From Chthoniobacterales bacterium (GTDB taxonomy: Bacteria; Verrucomicrobiota; Verrucomicrobiia; Chthoniobacterales; Chthoniobacteraceae): DNA of 64,000 nucleotides. The stretch lies in NCBI GenBank assembly GCA_038207335.1, contig JBBQZX010000006.1, positions 96,001-160,000 on the forward strand, in the 5' to 3' direction. Positions 27,055 through 37,288 of this stretch are shown here, piece after piece. The notes beneath the pieces were generated by a model, which was not told where the DNA came from, did not search any database, and saw only the letters and a program-made list of their open reading frames with translations. The translations under genes were made by a program, and so were the position numbers. Every line of letters begins with the position of its first letter. Within the stretch, counting starts at the first letter, position 1.

Positions 27055-27687
27055 ATGCGAAAGCTTCTGACCGGCTGCGGAATCGTGATCTTGATCGTGT
27101 TCGCGACGTTGGTCGGGACATGCTTTTTCGGAGGGAGCCTGTGGCAGAAACGCATATCGCATTTCCAGGACAAGGTCGCAGCGGAAGAGGCGCTGGAGAA
27201 ATCGTGGCGCCCGCCCGCCCCGGAGCTCGGTCGCGAGTGGTTCCCGGCAAAAGTCACCGGTTGGTCGCTCTCGGGGAGTAACGCCGCGCCCGGCTTTCCC
27301 ACCCTCGACCTCGATCGCGGCGGCTGGCAGGGGACGTACACATCTGGGAAGGAAAACATTCAGGTTTCCGTGGCGCCGGCAAATGCCACAGAACGCGACG
27401 CGCTGATGTCGCGTGTGGAAGCCGCGCTGACGAAACCGACGACGACGGTGAAGCAATTCGGCAACGGGACGAGCACGAGCGGGAGCTTTACCTTCTCGTC
27501 AGACAACTCGCACTGGATGACGCGCTTCGGCAGCCGAATGTCAGTCACCCACAACGGCCAGAAGAGCCAGGTGCGCGCGCTCAACGATTGGCTCTTCATC
27601 TTCCAAGGGATCGAGGGCGCTGACCCGGAAGACTTCGTAAAAGAATATTTGAAGGCGATTGACGCGGGTTCGGGTAGCGCGTTTTGA
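27055..27687 (+). CDS. Hypothetical protein with N-terminal membrane anchor
   Basis: LTGCGIVILIVFATLVGTC anchor; starts 12 bp after the previous gene. Confidence 0.7.
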   Translation: MRKLLTGCGIVILIVFATLVGTCFFGGSLWQKRISHFQDKVAAEEALEKSWRPPAPELGREWFPAKVTGWSLSGSNAAPGFPTLDLDRGGWQGTYTSGKENIQVSVAPANATERDALMSRVEAALTKPTTTVKQFGNGTSTSGSFTFSSDNSHWMTRFGSRMSVTHNGQKSQVRALNDWLFIFQGIEGADPEDFVKEYLKAIDAGSGSAF

Positions 27688-27782
27688 GCGTCGGAAGTTG
27701 AGCGTTGCAATCGCGCAAGCCTGCGCACTGGCGTGGTTTTTTCATTGTCCCACCGTGCCTGCGTTCGCATCCTCCGCCGCCT

Positions 27783-29150
27783 ATGTCCACTCCCTCCCGC
27801 GAACTCCCGTGGTGGCGTCAGCTCACCGGCTACCATTGGTTCGTCTTCATCGTCGCGAGCGCGGCGTGGTTCTTCGATTGCCTCGACCAACGGCTCTTTT
27901 CCCTCGCCCGCATCCCCGCGCTCTCGTCGCTGATGCATCTGCCGGCCGGCGCGCCTGAAGTGCAGGCATTTGGCAAGGTGGTGACGGCGTGGTTCCTGAT
28001 CGGGTGGGGAGTCGGCGGGATGATTTTCGGCGCGCTCGGCGACCGGTACGGCCGCGCGAAGATGCTGACGCTGACCATCCTAATCTACTCGGCCTTTACG
28101 GGCTTGAGCTTTTTCAGCCAGGGAAATATCGACTTCACTATCTTCCGATTCCTCACGGGCGTCGGAGTCGGCGGCGTCTTCGGTCTCGCAGTGGCACTCA
28201 TCGCGGAAACCGTCCCGAGCGGCGCGCGGGTGCAGGCGCTCGGGATGTTGCAGGTGCTTTCCACGATCGGAAATCTCGCTGCGGGTCTGGGAAAGATGAC
28301 GGTCGATTCGCTGGAGAGTTCACACTCGATCACGTCCGGGCAGGGCTGGCGGTGGATGTTTCTAATCGGCGCGCTTCCCGCGCTGATGGTCGTATTCACG
28401 CGCAAATATCTGCGCGAACCCGAGCCGTGGCTGCGCCAGAAAGCTGCGGGGCATTTGCCGACCGGCAGCATCTTCGCGCCCTACGCCTTACTCCTCGCGG
28501 ATCGTCGCTGGCGGAAGAATCTCATTGTCGGCGCGCTCATCGCCGCGACCGGCGTGGTCGGTCTCTGGGCCATCGGCGAGTACGCCGTCGATCTGCAAAA
28601 GACGGTCTTCAACACGTATTTTGAAAAGGCGGGATTCCTCGGCGATGAGATGAAGTCGAAGGTCAACGGGGCGATCACCAATGCCTACCTGCTGAACATG
28701 CTCGGCGCGGCGATCGGCATGTGGATTTTCACGCGCGTGGCGAAGGCGCTCGGGCGGCGGCCGGCGTTTTTCATGGGCTTCACGCTCGCGCTGCTCGTGA
28801 CGGCGTTCGTGTATTGGAAAATGGAGTCGCCGCAGGATGCCTACTGGATGATGCCTTTGATGGGAGCGGTGCAGCTCGGACCGTTCGCGGGCTTCGCGAT
28901 CTATTTACCAGAGCTCTTTCCCAGCCGGCTGCGCAGTACGGGCATTTCCTTCTGCTACAATCTCGGCCGCTTCGCCGCGGCCGCTGGCAGCTTTTTCTCC
29001 TCGATCCTGACGGTGCAAGTATTCGGCCATTTCGCCAAGCCGCTGCCATACCGCTACTCCGCGATGACGATGTGCGTGATCTTCCTCGTCGGCATCGTCA
29101 CCGTCTTCTTCGCGCCCGAGACGAAAGGGCAGCCGCTGCCGGAAGATTGA
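27783..29150 (+). CDS. MFS transporter
   Basis: GALGDRYGRAK and YLPELFPSRLRSTG motifs, C-terminal PETKG; about 12 TM segments. Confidence 0.92.
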   Translation: MSTPSRELPWWRQLTGYHWFVFIVASAAWFFDCLDQRLFSLARIPALSSLMHLPAGAPEVQAFGKVVTAWFLIGWGVGGMIFGALGDRYGRAKMLTLTILIYSAFTGLSFFSQGNIDFTIFRFLTGVGVGGVFGLAVALIAETVPSGARVQALGMLQVLSTIGNLAAGLGKMTVDSLESSHSITSGQGWRWMFLIGALPALMVVFTRKYLREPEPWLRQKAAGHLPTGSIFAPYALLLADRRWRKNLIVGALIAATGVVGLWAIGEYAVDLQKTVFNTYFEKAGFLGDEMKSKVNGAITNAYLLNMLGAAIGMWIFTRVAKALGRRPAFFMGFTLALLVTAFVYWKMESPQDAYWMMPLMGAVQLGPFAGFAIYLPELFPSRLRSTGISFCYNLGRFAAAAGSFFSSILTVQVFGHFAKPLPYRYSAMTMCVIFLVGIVTVFFAPETKGQPLPED

Positions 29151-29216
29151 GTTACAACGGCTGGGCCTGGGAAACGCGGCCTTCCGCTTCCGGCCTTCCC
29201 GCTGAGAATCCTCCGC

Positions 29217-30086
29217 TCAGACGTCGCAAATCCGCACGCTCTGCGCCAGCGAAGCGACCGGGTCGCGCACCGGGATGAATTCCTGCCCGACGAAGCCCGT
29301 GTAGCCCACGTCGAGGAGCGCCTGCATGAGCGGGGCGTAGTTCAGCTCCTGCGTCTCGTCGATTTCACCGCGACCCGGTACTCCCGCCGTGTGGATGTGT
29401 GCAATGAAGTCCTTGTGCTGCTGAATCCGCGCGATCACGTCGCCGTGCATGATCTGCACGTGGTAGATGTCGAAGAGCACCTTCAGGCGCGGGGAGCCGA
29501 TGGCTTTGCAGATGTCCACCGAGCGCTCGATGTCGTCGCAGAAGTAATCCGGGTGGCCTTTCATCGTCGTCGGCACGCGGGAGTTCAGCATCTCGAGGCA
29601 GAGAGTGACGCCCTTTTCCTCGGCGAAAGGGACGATCTTCTTGAGCCCGGCGATCATGTTTTTCATCCCGTCCTCCGTTGCGAGTCCGCGGCGGAATCCG
29701 GAGAACGTGATGACCCGCTCGACGCCCGCCGCGGCGCTCGCCTCGATGCTCGCGTGCAGCTTTGTAATGCACTCGTCGTGTTCCTCCGGGTGCGCGAATC
29801 CCTTTGCAAAGCCGTGGCTCCCCGCGATGGCGCACGTCAGCCCGAGCGCCTTCAGCTCCGGCCAGAACTTCGGGTCGCAGAGTTCGACCGACTGCATCCC
29901 GAGCGCCGCCGCGTGCCGCGCGAGTGCCGGCACCGGCATGGGGTTGAAACACCACGACACCACGGACTGCCGGATGCGTCCGTTTTTCGCCCGATAAAGC
30001 GCGGGATCCTCCGCCTTTGCGCCCATCCCCAGCGCAGCGGAAGCGACAAGACCTTTCAAAGTGGCGCGGCGGGAGAGGGGATTCAT
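29217..30086 (-). CDS. Hydroxypyruvate isomerase-like (xylose isomerase/AP endonuclease 2 TIM barrel) protein with Tat-like signal
   Basis: SRRATLK; LCLEMLNS, LFDIYHVQIMHGD, HTAGVPGR and VGQEFIP motifs. Confidence 0.88.
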   Translation of the reverse strand: MNPLSRRATLKGLVASAALGMGAKAEDPALYRAKNGRIRQSVVSWCFNPMPVPALARHAAALGMQSVELCDPKFWPELKALGLTCAIAGSHGFAKGFAHPEEHDECITKLHASIEASAAAGVERVITFSGFRRGLATEDGMKNMIAGLKKIVPFAEEKGVTLCLEMLNSRVPTTMKGHPDYFCDDIERSVDICKAIGSPRLKVLFDIYHVQIMHGDVIARIQQHKDFIAHIHTAGVPGRGEIDETQELNYAPLMQALLDVGYTGFVGQEFIPVRDPVASLAQSVRICDV

Positions 30087-30168
30087 CCCGCAAAAATGCG
30101 CGTCTCTCATGCCCCACGCGAGCCCTTTCCCATTGCCGCCGAAGGTCGCGGCAAAGACGCTGACGCCA

Positions 30169-31998
30169 ATGTTTCCCCGCATCCTAATCCTCTGCCTTCT
30201 CGCCGCGACCGCCACGCACGCCGCGGTTCCCCCGCCGAATATCGTCTTCATCCTCGCCGACGACCTCGGCATCAACGACCTCGGCTGCTACGGACGCGCC
30301 GACCAGCCGACACCCAATCTCGACCGCCTCGCCGCCGAGGGAATGCGCTTCACCGCGGCCTATGCGCAGCCGCTCTGCTCCCCTACGCGCGCCTCACTCC
30401 TCACCGGCAAATCCGCAGCGCGACTCCACATCACGACCTATCTCCCGGGCCGCGCCGACGCGCCGACGCAGATGCTCCTGCATCCGAAGATCGAGCAGCA
30501 GCTCCCGCTCGCCGAGCAGACCATCCCTGAGCTCCTGGCATCCGCCGGATACATCAGCGCGTGCATCGGAAAGTGGCACGTCGGTGGCGCGAGATTCGGT
30601 CCCGCCCAGCAGGGATTCGACGTGGTCTTCGCGGGTCATCCGGTCACCAAGCCGACCGCCGACGAGGGAGGAAAGGGCGAATACGAACTCACTGCGCACG
30701 CCGAGCAATTCATCGAGGAAAACAAGGCGCGTCCGTTCTTCCTCTACCTCGCGCACAACACCGTCCACGTCCCGCTCGGCGCAAAAGCGGCGCTCATCGA
30801 AAAGCACGCCGACGCCTTCAACCCGCTCTACGCCGCGATGGTCGAGTCGCTCGACGACTGCGTCGGCCGAATCATCGCAAAGCTAGACGCGACGGACCTC
30901 CGCGAGCGGACGCTGCTAGTCTTCATGTCCGACAACGGCGGCCTGCATGTCCCCGAGCTGCCGCACACGCCCGCGACTTTCAACGCCCCGTTCCGCGCCG
31001 GAAAAGGCTTCGTGTACGAAGGTGGCATCCGTGTCCCTCTCATCGCCCGCTGGCCCGGCCACATCGCTCCGGGCGAGAACGCCACGCCCGTCCGCGAGAG
31101 CGACTGGCTCCCCACATTTCTCGATCTGGCAAAAGTCGCGCCGCTTGCAAATCTCGACGGAATCAGCCTCGTCGGCCTGCTCACCGCCTCCGCGCCGCTC
31201 CAACCGCGCGCGCTCTTCTGGCACCAGCCGCATTATTCGAATCAAGGCGGACGTCCCACGGGCGCGATCCGCGAAGGCGACTGGAAGCTCGTCGAGCAAT
31301 ACGAAAACGGAAGCGCGGAACTCTACAATCTCGCCACCGATTCCGGCGAGATGACTGACCTCTCGATGAAAGAACCGAAGCGCACCGCCGACCTGCGCGG
31401 CAAGCTCGCCGAGTGGCTTCAGGAAAATGGCGCGCAGGAGAACATGCCGAATCCGAGTTTTGACCCCGCTCGCCATCGTGAACTCTACATCTCCACCGAT
31501 CCATCGCGCATCGCCGCCGCGCCGACTGCCGCCGAAACCGCTTCCCCGCTTGCTTCGTGGCGCGAGAAGATGGACGCCGCCCTGAAGCCGAACACGCCTG
31601 CGGGCATCGGCCCGGTCCTCATTTTGTCGGCAAAAAGCGCGGCAATCCACGGCACGACCGCCCGCTACGAACCGCAGCCACACAAGAACACGATCGGCTT
31701 TTGGACAAAGCCGGAGGACTGGGCGAGCTGGGATTTTGATGTCACGCAGCCCGGCACATTCGAGATCGAAATCCTCCAAGGCTGCGCAGGCGGCGGCAGC
31801 GAAGTCGCGGTGAAAGTCGGTGATCAAGTGCTCACTTTCACCGTCCTCGACACCGGCCATTTTCAAAACTTCGTCCCGTACAAAATCGGCGTCGTCACGC
31901 TTCCCACCGGCCATCACACACTCGAACTGCGGCCCAAAAACAAAGTCGGTGGCGCAGTGATGGACGTGCGACGCGTCACATTGATTCCGAAAGCGTAA
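30169..31998 (+). CDS. Secreted Cys-type sulfatase with C-terminal beta-sandwich (CBM-like) domain
   Basis: PNIVFILADDLG, CSPTRASLLTG, GKWH and SDNGG motifs; extra C-terminal module with IGFWTKPEDWASW. Confidence 0.9.
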   Translation: MFPRILILCLLAATATHAAVPPPNIVFILADDLGINDLGCYGRADQPTPNLDRLAAEGMRFTAAYAQPLCSPTRASLLTGKSAARLHITTYLPGRADAPTQMLLHPKIEQQLPLAEQTIPELLASAGYISACIGKWHVGGARFGPAQQGFDVVFAGHPVTKPTADEGGKGEYELTAHAEQFIEENKARPFFLYLAHNTVHVPLGAKAALIEKHADAFNPLYAAMVESLDDCVGRIIAKLDATDLRERTLLVFMSDNGGLHVPELPHTPATFNAPFRAGKGFVYEGGIRVPLIARWPGHIAPGENATPVRESDWLPTFLDLAKVAPLANLDGISLVGLLTASAPLQPRALFWHQPHYSNQGGRPTGAIREGDWKLVEQYENGSAELYNLATDSGEMTDLSMKEPKRTADLRGKLAEWLQENGAQENMPNPSFDPARHRELYISTDPSRIAAAPTAAETASPLASWREKMDAALKPNTPAGIGPVLILSAKSAAIHGTTARYEPQPHKNTIGFWTKPEDWASWDFDVTQPGTFEIEILQGCAGGGSEVAVKVGDQVLTFTVLDTGHFQNFVPYKIGVVTLPTGHHTLELRPKNKVGGAVMDVRRVTLIPKA

Positions 31999-32013
31999 CA
32001 GTCGCGCGATAAC

Positions 32014-34791
32014 ATGCGCCCGTTTGGAATTCGCCCATTGCTGTTTCTGCTCATCGGGGGCGCTTTTTTCGCGACGAATTTGCGGGCTGCCGAACGGTTC
32101 CTCGTCCGCACATGGCAGTCGGAAGACGGCCTTCCGAGCAACGTCATCCGCTCCATCGCGCAAGCCGCCGACGGATACCTGTGGGTTGCAACCGCGGAAG
32201 GCGTTGTGCGTTTTGATGGCGTGCGTTTCTCCGGCTTCGACTCCGAGCCCGACGCCACGCTATCCCGCCGCCCCACGCGCACACTTTTCCCACTCCCAAA
32301 TGGCGACGTATGGGTTACCACGCACGCTGGCGCGCTGTTGCGCGGGCGTGGCGCGCGTCTGACCGAGGTGCGCCTTGATGCCGCGAGCGTCGAACCGCCG
32401 TCAGGGGCCGCGGGCATCGTCTCTCAAGTTGCCCCTGGCGACGCAGGGGAAATCTTCATCGTGCGCGGCAGCGAGACATGGCTGATCGCCGGAAACCACC
32501 CGCCACGCTTGATTCAACGGAGTCCGGAGGTCGAGACGCTTCTCGCCGCGGACGCTGAAGCAACGGCGTCACATGGGCGTTGGCGAGCGGGCGGAGCGCC
32601 GCTGCAGCTGCACGAAACAGACGGCACGATTTGGAGATTCGGTGGAGGTTCTGGACTTGAAATCGGCACATCGGACGGTGCGTTCGAGCCCGTGAAATTG
32701 CGTGGCGCGGAGCCGCCAAAGGCGACCAACGAAATGCTCGAAGACCGCGAGGGCAGTGTATGGCTTGCGACCGCTGCGCAAGGCTTGTGGCAACTTCGCG
32801 AGGCGCGCGTTGACGTCCTCACGACGGCGGACGGCCTCAGCGGCCGAACCGTCCTGCTCGTCATGGAAGATCGCGCCGGAGGGCTCTGGATCGCCACGAC
32901 AACGGGCGGGCTCGACCGCTTGGAAGCCGGTGAATTTACGCACGTCGAAGTCGGTCCGACATCCGGGCGCCCTGTTTCCGCGCTCTGCGAAACACGCGAC
33001 GGCACGATGTGGGCCGCGACCCGCGAGGGCAGCATCTTTCGCCTCACCGACGGTGTCTTCACGCCGATGTTCACCGCAGCGAGCGGAATCTCGAAAGTCT
33101 TCGCAATCGTGGAAGACGCCGCGGGTCGTGTTTGGTTTGGCGGGCGACTCGGGCTCAGCGTTTGGGATGGAGAAGAGGCGCACGGGATCGACCTTGGCAC
33201 GTCGGATGCCGTCACCGTGCTCGCGACCGGCAAGGCTGATGAAATCTGGGTGGGAACGGAAAGCGGCCTCGTCTTCCACGGTGCCGAATCGCGCTTCAAA
33301 GAGATCGGCGGCAGCGACGCATTCGCCCATCGCGCAATCTCCAGCCTGCTCCCGGACAGCGCGAATTCGGCATGGGCCGGCACACTCGGCGGTGGATTAT
33401 TTCACATCGAAGAGGACCGCGCCGTCGCGCTGGACACGGCAGCGAGCGTGCAGCCCTCGCGAATCACCTGCATCCTCGACGACCTCTCCGGCCACCTCTG
33501 GCTCGGATCGCTGCGCGGCATCTTCCGGCTGGGCAAATCCGAACTCGGTGACGTCGCGCAGCGCAAGCGCGACAGGATCTCAGCCCTGCATCTGGACCGT
33601 TCCGATGGTCTGCTCACACGCGAATGCACCGGCGGCGTCCAACCCGCCGGTTGGCGTTCGCGAGACGGCACCCTCTGGTTCCCCACGACCAACGGCCTCG
33701 CCAACATCCAGCCTGCGCAGCTCAATCTGAATCCGCTCGCCCCATCGGTCGTGATCGAGGAAATGCGCTCGAATGCCCGCCAGTTGGACATCTCCGGTCC
33801 GCAGCCGACACTCGGACCGGGCCGTTCGCGGCTTGAATTTCGCTTCACCGCACTGAGCCTGGTTGCGCCGAGCAAAGTGCGCTTCCGCACCCGCCTTGAT
33901 GGATTGGAAGACGAATGGAGCGAGGCCGGGGCGCAACGCACGGTGGCCTACGAGGCCGTGCCGCCGGGACGTTACGCATTCCGCGTGCAGGCCGAAAATG
34001 GTGACGGGATTTGGAACGAATCCGGTGCAACGCTTGCCTTCCGGGTGCTGCCGCATTTCTGGCAGACGCTCGCATTTCAGGTCTCAGTCGCGACCGCCGC
34101 CGCCGCGCTCGCGGTTGGTATCGGAGCCTCGATTTCGCGAGTGAAAATGCGCGGGCGACTGCTGCGCCTGGAACTGAAAAGATCCCGCGAGGCCGAGCGC
34201 GCACGCATCGCGCAGGATCTCCACGACGATCTCGGTGCGAGCCTCACCGAGATTTCCATCCTAGCAAATCTTGCAGCCGAAGATCGGCGCCCTAGCGACA
34301 CGAACGACAATGCTCTTCCTGAGATCGCGGGCAAGGCGCAAGCACTCGTCGGCGCGCTCGATGAGATCGTGTGGGCCGTGAATCCGCGCCACGACACGCT
34401 CGGTTCTCTGGCGGAATATCTCACTGCATTCGCCTCCGAATTTCTCTCCGCCGCCGGCATCACGCTGCGGCTCGACGTGCCACACGATCTACCCGCATCT
34501 GCTCTCGACGCGGAGCGGCGGCACAGCATTTTTCTCGCCGTCCGCGAGGCACTCAACAACGCGGTAAAGCACTCCGGTGCGAGCGAAGTCTGGCTTCGCG
34601 TCCGCCTCGTAAATGAGCGGCTGGAGATTCTCGTCGAGGACAACGGTCGCGGATTCGCCCCGAAGCCAGCTTCAGGCGATGGCGTGGGCAATCTTCAATC
34701 GCGCCTCGCTCGCCTCAGCGGCGAATGCAAGATCGAGAGTCGCGAAGACTGCGGCACACGAGTGCGCCTCTCGCTGCCCCTCAAAATATGA
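32014..34791 (+). CDS. Sensor histidine kinase with two-component regulator propeller, Y_Y_Y and HisKA_3 domains
   Basis: DGLPSN...DGYLWVAT propeller repeats; VPPGRYAFRV, ERARIAQDLHDDLG, EALNNAVKHS and DNGRGF motifs. Confidence 0.92.
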   Translation: MRPFGIRPLLFLLIGGAFFATNLRAAERFLVRTWQSEDGLPSNVIRSIAQAADGYLWVATAEGVVRFDGVRFSGFDSEPDATLSRRPTRTLFPLPNGDVWVTTHAGALLRGRGARLTEVRLDAASVEPPSGAAGIVSQVAPGDAGEIFIVRGSETWLIAGNHPPRLIQRSPEVETLLAADAEATASHGRWRAGGAPLQLHETDGTIWRFGGGSGLEIGTSDGAFEPVKLRGAEPPKATNEMLEDREGSVWLATAAQGLWQLREARVDVLTTADGLSGRTVLLVMEDRAGGLWIATTTGGLDRLEAGEFTHVEVGPTSGRPVSALCETRDGTMWAATREGSIFRLTDGVFTPMFTAASGISKVFAIVEDAAGRVWFGGRLGLSVWDGEEAHGIDLGTSDAVTVLATGKADEIWVGTESGLVFHGAESRFKEIGGSDAFAHRAISSLLPDSANSAWAGTLGGGLFHIEEDRAVALDTAASVQPSRITCILDDLSGHLWLGSLRGIFRLGKSELGDVAQRKRDRISALHLDRSDGLLTRECTGGVQPAGWRSRDGTLWFPTTNGLANIQPAQLNLNPLAPSVVIEEMRSNARQLDISGPQPTLGPGRSRLEFRFTALSLVAPSKVRFRTRLDGLEDEWSEAGAQRTVAYEAVPPGRYAFRVQAENGDGIWNESGATLAFRVLPHFWQTLAFQVSVATAAAALAVGIGASISRVKMRGRLLRLELKRSREAERARIAQDLHDDLGASLTEISILANLAAEDRRPSDTNDNALPEIAGKAQALVGALDEIVWAVNPRHDTLGSLAEYLTAFASEFLSAAGITLRLDVPHDLPASALDAERRHSIFLAVREALNNAVKHSGASEVWLRVRLVNERLEILVEDNGRGFAPKPASGDGVGNLQSRLARLSGECKIESREDCGTRVRLSLPLKI

Positions 34792-35417
34792 CCACCATCG
34801 CCATCGTGGAAGACAACGCCGGACTCGGCGCCACGCTCCGCCGAGTGGTGGAAAGCATGGACGACTGTCAGTGCGCGGGCGTCTGGATCAGCGGTGAAGA
34901 GGCGCTCGTGAAAGTCCCCGCATTTCGCCCCGACGTGGTTCTCATGGACATCAATCTCCCCGGTATTTCTGGCATCGAGGCAACTGCGAAATTGAAAGCC
35001 GAGATGCCCGAACTACTCGTTGTGATGGTCACCGTCTATCGCGATCACGACAAAATCTTCGACGCGCTCAAAGCGGGCGCGTGCGGCTATTTGCTCAAAC
35101 GCTCATCGCCCGAAGAAGTGCGGCAGGCCATCCGCGATGTCCGCGAGGGCGGCGCCCCCATGAGCGCCGAAATTGCGCGCCGCGTCGTAGAGACATTTCA
35201 TCGCCACTCCGCACCAGCGGACGCTGCAGCAAATCTCTCCAAGCGCGAAACCGAAATCCTGGAACTCCTCTCGCAAGGCCTCGCGAACAAGGAAATCGCC
35301 GATCGCCTCGGCCTCAGCATCGAAACCGTGCGCGTCCACCTGAAACGCATCTACGACAAACTCCACGTCCATTCCCGCACCGAAGCCGTCGTAAAATACC
35401 GCGACTCAGCCCGCTGA
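34788..35417 (+). CDS. NarL/LuxR-family response regulator
   Basis: IVED, DVVLMDINLPG, GACGYLLK and LSKRETEIL...NKEIA motifs; 4-bp overlap with the kinase. Confidence 0.93.
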   Translation: MTTIAIVEDNAGLGATLRRVVESMDDCQCAGVWISGEEALVKVPAFRPDVVLMDINLPGISGIEATAKLKAEMPELLVVMVTVYRDHDKIFDALKAGACGYLLKRSSPEEVRQAIRDVREGGAPMSAEIARRVVETFHRHSAPADAAANLSKRETEILELLSQGLANKEIADRLGLSIETVRVHLKRIYDKLHVHSRTEAVVKYRDSAR

Positions 35418-35476
35418 AATATAGTCGCATCGCCGGGCCTGGATTACGTCAACAAGGCTGCTCCACACCCGAAAAC

Positions 35477-37288
35477 TCACGCCGTTTCCGTCATCGCCTC
35501 GTCTTGCTGCGTGACGCGGACGACTTCCTCCACAGTAGTTTTGCCGCTGAGCACGCGGCGCCAGCCGTCGTCGCGGAGCGTCTCCATGCCGTCGGCGACG
35601 GCCCGCGCTTTCATCGCGCTGCCAGTCTCCTTTCGGATCACCATGCGGCGCAGGTTTTCGTTCACTGGAACGATCTCGTAGATCGCGGCGCGGCCTCGGT
35701 AGCCGGTTTGACGGCAGTGATCGCAGCCACGGCCGTGGTAAAACTTCAGGTCTGGTGGGATCGGCGCGCCGATTTCCTGCAGGTAATCCAGCGGGTATCC
35801 GGTGACCTCTTTGCAGTCCTCACAAATCGTCCGCACGAGCCGCTGCGCGATAAATGCGCGCACGACGCTCGCGAGCAAAAACGGCTCGATGCCCATGTCG
35901 AGCAAACGCGTGATGCCGCTCACTGCGTCATTCGTGTGCAGCGTCGAAAATACCAGATGGCCCGTCATCGCGGCGCGAATTGAAATCTCCGCCGTCTCGA
36001 AATCGCGGATTTCTCCGACCATCACGATATTCGGGTCTTGCCGCAAAATTGCGCGAAGGCCGTTGGCGAAGGTGAGGCCGATCTCGGGCTTCACATCGAT
36101 TTGCGACACGCCTGGAAGCCTGTATTCCACAGGCTCTTCGACAGTGATGATGCGGCGTGAAACGGCGTTAATCGACGAGAGAAAGGAGTAGAGCGACGTC
36201 GATTTTCCCGAGCCGGTCGGGCCGGTCACGAGGATGATCCCGTTTGGCTGCGTGAGCAGCACCTTCACGAGATCGCTCTGTGTTTTGCTCATGTCGAGCC
36301 GATCGATTCCAAAGGCGAGCGTGTCGCTGCGGCTCAGCAGACGGAGAGAAATGCTCTCGCCGTTCACGGTTGGGATCGTCGAGACGCGCACGTCGATCGC
36401 GCCCGCGTTCGTCGTGAGATTGATTCGTCCATCCTGCGGCAGGCGGCGCTCCGCGATATCCATGTGAGCCATCACTTTCAGACGTGAGATGATCGCGCTC
36501 TGGAGCACACGAAGCTGCGGCGGGACCGCGACTTCGTGCAGGATTCCGTCGATGCGGTATCGGATGCGGAGATCGTTTTCCAGCGGTTCAACGTGAATGT
36601 CAGTCGCGCGCTCGAGGATCGCCTCGCGGATCACCTGGTTGACGAATTTCACCACACTCGCCTCTGGGTCGTCGGACGTAATGTCCTGAGCCTGTTCGCG
36701 ATCCGCGTCGCTGTCGTACGTCCGGCTCGTGAGCAAAATCTCCTCGAACGTCTCCGCACCCACGCCATACACCGCCTTGATCGCGCGGAGGAGTTGCGCG
36801 CGCGGGGCGATAACCCACTCGATTTTTTTACCCGCGAGTTGCTGTGCGGCGAGGCGGCGCGCGACGTTATTGAACACGTCCCAAGTCGCGAGCCGAACGG
36901 TGTCCTCTTTCGCGGAAATCGGCAGGACGTGATGCTTGAACACGAACCGGCTCGGGAGCAGTTGCAGCGCGCTGCGCTCGACTTTCGCGGGATCGACCGG
37001 CTCGACGGTCGTCTTGAAAACCCGCCCGAGTTCCGTCGCGAATTTCAGTTCGTCGATCTTCCCTGTATCGAGCACCGCGCCGGTCCATGTCGTCCCTGCG
37101 GGCGGCTTGAGCGCGGCGAGGTCCGCGGCCTCATCCTCCGGCACGCCAGATCCTTGCAGGACATCGAGCAGCGGTTTGCGCGAAGCCGACGGCGGCGGAC
37201 GGACGATCGGGGCGGAAGGGGTCGGCCTTTCGATACCGGGCTCGATTCCGGCGCCGCGCTTCGCTCCATCTGCGACTTCGGAAATCAT
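35477..37288 (-). CDS. gspE: Type II secretion ATPase GspE/PilB family
   Basis: ATDIHVEP, DIAERRLPQDG, TGPTGSGKST, LRQDPNIVMVGEIRD and STLHTN motifs; CxxC zinc motifs. Confidence 0.9.
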   Translation of the reverse strand: MISEVADGAKRGAGIEPGIERPTPSAPIVRPPPSASRKPLLDVLQGSGVPEDEAADLAALKPPAGTTWTGAVLDTGKIDELKFATELGRVFKTTVEPVDPAKVERSALQLLPSRFVFKHHVLPISAKEDTVRLATWDVFNNVARRLAAQQLAGKKIEWVIAPRAQLLRAIKAVYGVGAETFEEILLTSRTYDSDADREQAQDITSDDPEASVVKFVNQVIREAILERATDIHVEPLENDLRIRYRIDGILHEVAVPPQLRVLQSAIISRLKVMAHMDIAERRLPQDGRINLTTNAGAIDVRVSTIPTVNGESISLRLLSRSDTLAFGIDRLDMSKTQSDLVKVLLTQPNGIILVTGPTGSGKSTSLYSFLSSINAVSRRIITVEEPVEYRLPGVSQIDVKPEIGLTFANGLRAILRQDPNIVMVGEIRDFETAEISIRAAMTGHLVFSTLHTNDAVSGITRLLDMGIEPFLLASVVRAFIAQRLVRTICEDCKEVTGYPLDYLQEIGAPIPPDLKFYHGRGCDHCRQTGYRGRAAIYEIVPVNENLRRMVIRKETGSAMKARAVADGMETLRDDGWRRVLSGKTTVEEVVRVTQQDEAMTETA

